Source: Octopus sinensis
Taxonomy: Eukaryota
Direction of reading: 5' to 3'
Assembly (NCBI RefSeq): GCF_006345805.1
Contig: NC_043001.1
Location: 25,172,001 to 25,236,000, forward strand
DNA: 64,000 bases
The position numbers were made by a program, and so were the translations under genes. How positions within the stretch are numbered: the first letter of the stretch is position 1; each line of letters opens with the position of its first letter. Below the pieces are notes generated by a model that saw only the letters and a program-made list of their open reading frames with translations, ran no database searches and was not told where the DNA came from. Below, in pieces: positions 63,331 to 64,000 of the stretch.

Positions 63331-64000
63331 GATATAGCCTAATGTATGTATAACAATACCCTAATAAGGAAGCAGTACTGTGTGTCATGAACTTTGTAGT
63401 AGGTTGGTAATTGTTGTTGAGAGCTGAAGTATTTTCTCATCTCAAACAGAGAAGTCCATCCTTGTTGAGGATCTATGTTGGCCTGTGTTAGTACAGCTTA
63501 GCATTTGTAGCAACCTTATATGGCTCTAGTTTCACACTGTTCATTTTGGAATGGATAATGTTTTCTTATAATATAATTGTGTATTTACTGTGTAAGGAGG
63601 CTAGATTGGTATGGCCTCAGTGGTGGAGGTTTTCAAGGTTTCTATTCATGGAATCAGTGTAGGTTTGGTTAGACTAAGTCATATATACATGACACTTGTG
63701 TTTGGGTATGGAAAAAATTTAATCTTCTGATTAATGACATTTCAGTCACAGCCATTGTTGTTTTGTGTTATATATAAGACTACTTTGTCCAGCATGTCTT
63801 TCCATGTTTAATATAGTAGTCTAAAATTCAAGGGAAGTTTGGATGGTTGCTTATTCTAGTAAGCTGAACAAACATGTAGAGGCTCCTTTGTTAATTCACT
63901 GGTAATTAATCTGTGAACTTTTCCCATTACTTTCAAAAGTTTATTTTATCTATATTTTGAGTCTTTTGTGAATTATGATTGTAAATTTAACAAGGTTCAG

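Overview
AT-rich, repeat-dense eukaryotic DNA. The repeat families look cephalopod (Octopus-like); this is recognition from memory, not a database result. There is one credible host coding exon: a 298-codon, low-complexity first exon on the + strand (8363-9257, phase-1 donor). No confident downstream exon was found, so the rest of the window is probably one very large intron. Head-to-head with it, across about 340 bp of CpG-rich promoter-like DNA, a short minus-strand exon (8024-7990) splices in frame into a decayed piggyBac/PGBD transposase. The remainder is transposon-derived: RTE-like LINE ORF2 fragments and many 5'-truncated copies of their 3' UTR, three tRNA-derived SINE families, two mariner relics, a Tc1/maT fragment, CR1/Jockey-type LINE remnants, TTAA MITEs, a GGATC-ended MITE carrying TTAGGG repeats, and a non-autonomous Helitron. 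The top signals are a full-length U6 snRNA fused directly to an RTE-type LINE 3' end (19396-19781) and the piggyBac exon-trap arrangement. Most repeat boundaries are approximate (about +/-10-20 bp) unless TSDs are quoted.
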